Shown: positions 7,233 to 11,878 of the stretch, one piece after another
Layout of the letters: each line of letters opens with the position of its first letter
How positions within the stretch are numbered: position 1 is the stretch's first letter
From: Fibrobacterota bacterium
GTDB lineage: Bacteria > Fibrobacterota > Fibrobacteria > UBA11236
Direction: 5' to 3'
Assembly: GCA_043753995.1 (NCBI GenBank)
Contig: JAYUVP010000339.1
Coordinates: 1 to 11,878, forward strand
Length of the DNA: 11,878 bases
The notes under the pieces: generated by a model
The model's database searches: none
What the model saw: only the letters and a program-made list of their open reading frames with translations
Told to the model about the DNA's origin: nothing
Position numbers and translations under genes: made by a program

Positions 7233-9446
7233 CTACTGCAAATTCAGGTGAAGGGCTTTGTTTTTACCCTCACCGACCATTTGCTCAACCGAGGCTTTTT
7301 GGCCGCTTTTCACCATTTCGATTCGGTGCATGCCGGACGGCAATTCCAGTTTGGCCGGAGTCTTTTTACCCGTCTCTTTGCCATCGACAAGAATGTCGGC
7401 GCGAGCAGGACTGCTCGAAAGGAAAATCAAACCAGGAGGTCCTGAGCCAGCGGAAAAAGAAGGCGCAGGCTTGGGCTTTGGTGTCGGCGGAGCTTCGGGT
7501 TCCGGAGCTTTGGCCACAGGTTCGGGAGGCGGCTCAACGAACTTGGGTTCGGGCTTTGGCTCGGGTTTCGGTTTGCTGACCACCGGCTCTGGTTTGGGTG
7601 GTTCTACTCTAGGCTCTTCGACAGGAGTTTCTTCAGTATTCGAGCTTCCCTCTTCAGGAATCAAATCCACCGTCAGTTCCTTGTCGGTATTTCCCTTGTT
7701 TAAAGTGGTTTCATAGCGCTTAAAGCCGTCTTTACGCACAATGATGCGATTGGTGTTATTGCCCAGGGCCACGGTCAGGGGCGTTTGCCCTTTTTTCGAG
7801 AAATTGACCAGAACATCCGCACCGGAGGGATTACTGACAATAAGAATCTGTCCCTCTGCAGCCGTGGGGCTTGGCGTCACTCTTGGTTCGTCAGGCGGCT
7901 CTTCGACCACTTTCGGCGTTGGCGACTTGGTCGGCTTTTTGGTCGTACGCGGTGGCTTGCTTTCCGTAGTCTGAGGTTTAGCGGGTGGTGCCTTCACTAC
8001 GGGTGTTGGCGCAGGTGTCGGTGGTGTCGGAGTGACCGCAGGCGTAGTTGGTTCCGCGGGTGCAGCCGAAGGTTCCACGGGAGCGGGTGCAGGTTCAATT
8101 GCCACAGCCGAATCCACAGCGGCGGGGGCAGGGGTCACCGGATTTTCAGTGACCGATGGGTTTGTCGTTTCTGGCTTCTTTTCATCATCATCACCGCCTA
8201 AGGTGAACATGAAAAGCGCAAAGCCAATCAAAACCACCAAGGCAATAAAAACAAGAGCCTTGGTAGAAGAACTTTTTTCTTCGACTAAAGTGGAAGGCCT
8301 GGAAAAGGGGCCATTTGGGTCTATCGGCCCATTAGTTCCCGATCCATAGGGCTCATGACTCGTAGGAGATTCAGGCTGGGAAGTGGACGCTGCGGCTCCA
8401 GGCGTATAAGCCGACTCTTCCATTCCTGGCATTTGCGGGGCCGCGCCTTCACGCCCACCCACACGTCGATTGCCGGCTTTACGGGCATTCGGGCTGCGCA
8501 TACGATCTTCAGCGGACTTGCGATTGCGATTACCGCCTTCGTCTTCCGAATCATACCCGGCTTGCGATCCATCCTGGTCATCGGTATTCGATGGCGGAGG
8601 CGTTTGCGCATAAGAACCCACGGGTAATTGCACGGTGGGAAAGTCAAAACCAGGACCTTGGCTATTGTCCAGGCGGGAGTCGCCTGTATATCCCGATGGA
8701 GGAGCTACCGGAGCATTTCCGAAATTCGGAGGGGTGTATCCGCCATAGGAAGGCGCCGTCGGCTGGGAAGCGGGTGGCACATAACCCGTATTGAAATTAT
8801 TGCCATAGCCTTGATTCGCCGGAGGCGTTGCAGGCATTTCAAAAATGGGTGCAGGAGCTATTGGCGCAGAAGGTGGCTTTGGAATGGCGGGAGTGGAGGC
8901 ATTGGGCCCGTATTGATATTGCGGGACTTCATTATTGTCGAGCTTGGAGCCCAACTGTTCGCCCATCTCAAAACGAAAATCCTCGAATTCGCTCTTGGGA
9001 ATAGGCGGCGGAGTCGGGATTTGAGCCGGAATCTGCACCGTCTGCTGACTACTTGCCGCGGCCTTTTGCAATTCGTCAATGCGATAGCTTGAGGTCTGGC
9101 GCAGTATTTCCTTGGCATCGGCGATCATTTCCGCTTCCGAGCGGTAAATGCGCATGATATTGTCCAAGCCAGCGCGTTTCAAAATGTCTTGCACCTTGGG
9201 GTGCTCGGTCAAGATCGCTATGCGACCGCTGACCTCCAGCATATGTCGATTCGAGGCGATGAAGGCATTGATGGTGTCGCTGTAGAGGTATTCGAGATTC
9301 CCGAGATCGATCACGATATTACGCATATCGTTTTCGATGAGGAATCGAATAGTGTTCTTCAGCTTGGCGGAGTCAAAGACTTCTCCGTCGGACAATCGAG
9401 CAGAGACAACATCGAAGATGCCTACGGATCGTATATCGAACTTGAT
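7233..9446 (-). CDS. Bitopic membrane protein: N-terminal STAS (anti-sigma-factor-antagonist-like) domain, long disordered region, single TM, Pro-rich linker and two PEGA domains
   Basis: STAS core NIVIDLGNLEYLYSDTINAFI...VQDILKRAGLDNIMRIY; TM ALVFIALVVLIGFALFMFTL (about 8199-8259); PEGA1 GQILIVSNPSGADVLVN...GQTPL (about 7650-7853); PEGA2 GLIFLSSSPARADILVDGKETGKKTP (about 7236-7436). The ORF track starts at TTG 9395, but the frame is open to ATC 9446 behind a GGAGGT SD (737 aa). Confidence 0.85.
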   Translation of the reverse strand: MKFDIRSVGIFDVVSARLSDGEVFDSAKLKNTIRFLIENDMRNIVIDLGNLEYLYSDTINAFIASNRHMLEVSGRIAILTEHPKVQDILKRAGLDNIMRIYRSEAEMIADAKEILRQTSSYRIDELQKAAASSQQTVQIPAQIPTPPPIPKSEFEDFRFEMGEQLGSKLDNNEVPQYQYGPNASTPAIPKPPSAPIAPAPIFEMPATPPANQGYGNNFNTGYVPPASQPTAPSYGGYTPPNFGNAPVAPPSGYTGDSRLDNSQGPGFDFPTVQLPVGSYAQTPPPSNTDDQDGSQAGYDSEDEGGNRNRKSAEDRMRSPNARKAGNRRVGGREGAAPQMPGMEESAYTPGAAASTSQPESPTSHEPYGSGTNGPIDPNGPFSRPSTLVEEKSSSTKALVFIALVVLIGFALFMFTLGGDDDEKKPETTNPSVTENPVTPAPAAVDSAVAIEPAPAPVEPSAAPAEPTTPAVTPTPPTPAPTPVVKAPPAKPQTTESKPPRTTKKPTKSPTPKVVEEPPDEPRVTPSPTAAEGQILIVSNPSGADVLVNFSKKGQTPLTVALGNNTNRIIVRKDGFKRYETTLNKGNTDKELTVDLIPEEGSSNTEETPVEEPRVEPPKPEPVVSKPKPEPKPEPKFVEPPPEPVAKAPEPEAPPTPKPKPAPSFSAGSGPPGLIFLSSSPARADILVDGKETGKKTPAKLELPSGMHRIEMVKSGQKASVEQMVGEGKNKALHLNLQ

Positions 9447-9451
9447 ATGCT

Positions 9452-9457
9452 ACCTCC
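9452..9457 (-). promoter_or_regulatory. Shine-Dalgarno GGAGGT, 5 nt upstream of in-frame ATC 9446
   Basis: The minus strand reads cgcGGAGGTagcatATCaagttcgat. Confidence 0.7.
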
Positions 9458-9521
9458 GCGAGAGCCCCACTGAGGGAGCCTTTACGAATGCGTTGGGTAC
9501 CGAAAGTCTACTAGAGCGGCC

Positions 9522-9538
9522 TTGCCCTTGAAAGGCAA
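9522..9538. promoter_or_regulatory. Inverted repeat, possible operator between the divergent STAS genes
   Basis: TTGCCCTT-G-AAAGGCAA has 7 of 8 arm positions complementary and overlaps the putative -35. Confidence 0.4.
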
Positions 9539-9555
9539 TTCCGACTCCGTAGAAT
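9528..9555 (+). promoter_or_regulatory. Putative sigma70-type promoter for the zinc-ribbon/STAS gene
   Basis: TTGAAA (9528-9533), a 16-nt spacer and TAGAAT (9550-9555); each hexamer matches consensus at 5/6. Confidence 0.5.
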
Positions 9556-9588
9556 AGGCTAAGAAAGCTACTAAATTCCAGGTTAATC

Positions 9589-10068
9589 ATGCCTGACGAA
9601 GAACTGTATCCGACCATGCGCTTTTATACCTGTCCCGATTGTGGCCAGGTTTTTACGGGTTCTCTCACCGGGGAGAATGCTTGCCCGAGCTGTCGTCGGC
9701 CCATGAAAAGGCGAAGTGACGAAAGTTTTTACACTCTCAGCGAAAATCAGAAGCATGTCGCCATTCATATTCGGGGAGGCAGCTATCGTATCGGGGATTT
9801 GGCTCAGCTCAAGCAAGTCCTAGACAAGCTGGAAGCGAAAATGCCGGATTCCATCGCTTTTCTTTTCGATGGAAACTCCGTTTTGGACAGCGGATTTCTC
9901 AACTTGATGGCCCGAACCGTATACCTGCTGTCCCAGCAAGGGCGTCGCGTTTTTGTTGTCGCCCAGGATGAGCATTTGCTGGATAGCCTTCAGGTGCTGG
10001 GTCTAGATCGAGTCTTAGTCATCCTAAAGGATGAAAAGGCTTATGCCGAGGCCTTGGCTAAGCCCTAG
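9589..10068 (+). CDS. Zinc-ribbon (CxxC-x13-CxxC) plus STAS domain protein
   Basis: 159 aa. FYTCPDCG..F...CPSC is followed by a STAS-like region VAIHIRGG...SIAFLFDGNSVLDSGFLNLM...LQVLGLDRVLVI. AGGT sits 5 nt before ATG 9589; ATG 9616 is an alternative start. Confidence 0.8.
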   Translation: MPDEELYPTMRFYTCPDCGQVFTGSLTGENACPSCRRPMKRRSDESFYTLSENQKHVAIHIRGGSYRIGDLAQLKQVLDKLEAKMPDSIAFLFDGNSVLDSGFLNLMARTVYLLSQQGRRVFVVAQDEHLLDSLQVLGLDRVLVILKDEKAYAEALAKP

Positions 10069-10085
10069 AAACTGCCCTCAGGGCG

Positions 10086-11315
10086 CTATTCCTCAAGAAT
10101 TTCCTGGGCAGGTTCGGGAGAAACCGGTGCCAACCCGGGTGCATCTGGCGAAGAAGGGACTTGCTTTTCTCCCTCGGGTTCCGGCTTTGATTCCAGCGTC
10201 TCGGGCTTGGTTTCGGGTGAAGGCATTGTCTCTCGTGAGTCTTGCTCTTCCATGCGGGCTGAACTTGCTTTGGGCCTAAATCCCTTGCCGGTAAATTTGG
10301 GGAAAACCGGGGTGAATTGCAAAGCTAAGCGATGGGAATTGGGCAAATCGGGGTGGGGATTGAAGCTATAGTCTATGCCCACCATGCTTTTCCAGGTATA
10401 GCCGAGGCCGATATGCCATAGGCTGCCCATGGCCTTGGCGAGGCGAAGCTCCTCCAAACCGAGCCTTAAGGCTAGGCCAAAATCGAATAGAAATTCGGCA
10501 CCGAGATTCGAACTTTTCAGGGCTTCTAAGGGATGATAAAAACCGCGACGGCCATCCAACCGCGAGTTGCTTTTCGGCGAAGCCTGAAAAAGGCCTTCGC
10601 TTTCCCACGCCAATTGCAAATGGCCATAGAAATAAGGCGCATTCATGAGGGTCGAAGCACCGATTTTCAAATCGGTGGGTTCGTATTCGGAATAGCCACT
10701 CGACCACCGGGCCGAAGAAGGCAAGGCTCCGACGAGCAGGGCATGTAGCCGATGGCGCTTTTCCAAGGTATAGGTGGCCATGACATCTCCGCGCATTCCT
10801 AGGCCAGCTTGGTCGAGATCGCGGTAAAGGATTTGCAGGCTGGCACCTAGATCGAGAGGCCCCCATCGCCGTGCCATAGCGGCCGTCACCCAATAATCTG
10901 CCGTGCTGAAAACCGAGGGGGGGAGGGCCGTGGCCTCGGAGCCCTCGGGCCTAAACTCAATGTCGCTGACACCATAACGCGCCAGGGCTAGGCCGAGAGT
11001 GCTAGCGGCGTCAAAGGGAAAAACCGCCGCGAAATGGTCCATTTTGGCTTGGGCGAATTGCTCGGAATGCGAGGAGGAGAAGGTCAAATCGTCAATGTCG
11101 GCCAAGCCCGCCGGGGCATTGCCTACCGCATCGGCGCCGATTTGAAAACCGGCGAATCGGGTGGCCATGGCTTGATGCCTGGCCCCGAAACCTTCGTCCA
11201 AAGACAAGTTCACACCATTCGCTTGCTCGGGCGACTCTAAGGCTTGAGTCGGGGACAGGGCAAGACCAAAGGTCAGGCACAAAAAGGAAAGGTCCGGGCG
11301 CGACACGAAGGGCAT
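10086..11315 (-). CDS. PorV/PorQ-like (UPF0164, FadL-related) outer-membrane beta-barrel protein
   Basis: 409 aa from ATG 11315 with a signal peptide. GARHQAMA...ADAVGNAPAGLA matches the family motif GAR..AMG...D......NPAGLA. Amphipathic strands follow, ending in GLGY...GIDYSF...HRLALQF and then a charged tail. Confidence 0.75.
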   Translation of the reverse strand: MPFVSRPDLSFLCLTFGLALSPTQALESPEQANGVNLSLDEGFGARHQAMATRFAGFQIGADAVGNAPAGLADIDDLTFSSSHSEQFAQAKMDHFAAVFPFDAASTLGLALARYGVSDIEFRPEGSEATALPPSVFSTADYWVTAAMARRWGPLDLGASLQILYRDLDQAGLGMRGDVMATYTLEKRHRLHALLVGALPSSARWSSGYSEYEPTDLKIGASTLMNAPYFYGHLQLAWESEGLFQASPKSNSRLDGRRGFYHPLEALKSSNLGAEFLFDFGLALRLGLEELRLAKAMGSLWHIGLGYTWKSMVGIDYSFNPHPDLPNSHRLALQFTPVFPKFTGKGFRPKASSARMEEQDSRETMPSPETKPETLESKPEPEGEKQVPSSPDAPGLAPVSPEPAQEILEE

Positions 11316-11322
11316 TAGCAAG

Positions 11323-11328
11323 AAGTTA
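11323..11328 (-). promoter_or_regulatory. Putative -10 (TAACTT) 7 nt upstream of ATG 11315; possible leaderless promoter
   Basis: The minus strand reads tttgTAACTTcttgctaATG with no SD. Confidence 0.4.
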
Positions 11329-11349
11329 CAAAGGCCCCTTTCGCCGACC

Positions 11350-11355
11350 TACCTT
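11350..11355 (+). promoter_or_regulatory. Putative -10 (TACCTT) 6 nt upstream of ATG 11362; possible leaderless promoter
   Basis: The plus strand reads gaccTACCTTgaagccATG with no SD. Confidence 0.4.
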
Positions 11356-11361
11356 GAAGCC

Positions 11362-11878
11362 ATGTCTTCTCAGGTTTTACCGGTTTTTCCATTGAATGTG
11401 GTGGCTTTTCCTGGGCACAAATTGCCATTGCGGATTTTTGAGCCGCGCTATTTGCAAATGCTCACCGATATTCAGGCGAGTCGCGAATTCGTGATAGCCC
11501 TGATTCGCAGCGGGGTGGAAGTCGGTGGCGAGGCCATGCCCTATCCCGTGGCCACTCTGGTAGCGTTCGACGATGTGATAGGGGACGCTACAGTCAAGCG
11601 CATCGATCCCGTGGGCCGTCGCCGGGTGTATTTGGAAAAAATGGTGCGCGGCGAGAAGCCCTATTTAATGGCCGAATGCATCGAATTTGTCGATGACCTT
11701 TGGTCGGAGGCCGATAGGAAAAAAAGCAAAGAATTAGAGCAAGCCTTGTTATCCGCTGCAGCCCAGCATGCACCGGGCACGGAAGAGGGTGTGGCCGAGG
11801 TGATGGCTGAGGCTAGACAAGCCCTGAGTGAAGAAAATTTTTCGCTTTTTCTGTGTGGCTGCCTCGCCCTGCCGGCCC
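11362..11878 (+). CDS. LON peptidase substrate-binding (N-terminal) domain protein, 3'-truncated by the window edge
   Basis: Not in the ORF track. Manual translation gives MSSQVLPVFPLNVVAFPGHKLPLRIFEPRYLQML...GVEVGG...GRRR...KPYLMAE, with the classic LP.FPL..V.FPG..LPL.IFEPRY..M motif. The frame is open to the end of the window. Confidence 0.9.
   Translation, partial: MSSQVLPVFPLNVVAFPGHKLPLRIFEPRYLQMLTDIQASREFVIALIRSGVEVGGEAMPYPVATLVAFDDVIGDATVKRIDPVGRRRVYLEKMVRGEKPYLMAECIEFVDDLWSEADRKKSKELEQALLSAAAQHAPGTEEGVAEVMAEARQALSEENFSLFLCGCLALPA

Noticed and set aside
7167..7235. The STAS-PEGA gene and the M23-like gene share a frame, separated by one TAG and 22 open codons (possible readthrough fusion)
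   Set aside because: This is easily a chance arrangement over 66 nt. The first protein ends cleanly after PEGA2, and a fusion would flip the LytM-like domain into the cytoplasm.
7540..7600. Short nucleotide repeats suggesting a repeat array, or a TonB call for the protein
   Set aside because: They simply encode the KP/EP linker. There is no CRISPR-like spacing and no TonB C-terminal domain.
7248..9092. Several plus-strand Gly/Ser- or Arg-rich ORFs
   Set aside because: They are antisense shadows of the Pro-rich STAS-PEGA gene and contain no independent motifs.
10069..10085. GCCCTCAGGGC palindrome between convergent genes as a terminator
   Set aside because: The stem is too short and has no U-tract. 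The convergent gap at 5132-5153 also lacks a convincing intrinsic terminator.
11362..11878. Calling this gene full-length Lon protease (lon)
   Set aside because: Only the N-terminal substrate-binding domain is visible, and the IFEPRY motif is typical of stand-alone LON-domain proteins.

Overview
Gene-dense bacterial chromosomal window, probably FCB group and possibly Fibrobacterota-like. That placement is inferred from a PorV-like barrel and a Bacteroidota-type 'asparagine synthetase B'-annotated family. I found no RNA genes, mobile elements or CRISPR arrays. There are eleven CDSs: a secreted class I glutamine-amidotransferase-like protein, an amidohydrolase/deaminase, a GT-C plus GT4 glycosyltransferase pair, a four-gene minus-strand envelope cluster, a divergent zinc-ribbon/STAS gene, a PorV-like outer-membrane protein and a truncated LON substrate-binding-domain gene. 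The cluster comprises a STAS/disordered/TM/2xPEGA protein, a membrane-anchored degenerate M23 (LytM) protein, a Minf_1886-like protein and a lipoprotein. The best candidate for an undescribed system is this cluster together with the divergent STAS gene, which may form a trans-envelope STAS signalling or scaffold module. The large STAS gene appears to start at a non-canonical ATC codon behind a perfect Shine-Dalgarno. The next gene's initiation site lies inside a 30-nt hairpin, and the terminal lipoprotein is rich in D-[S/T]-hydrophobic O-glycosylation-like sequons. All family calls come from motif recognition by eye, not from database searches.
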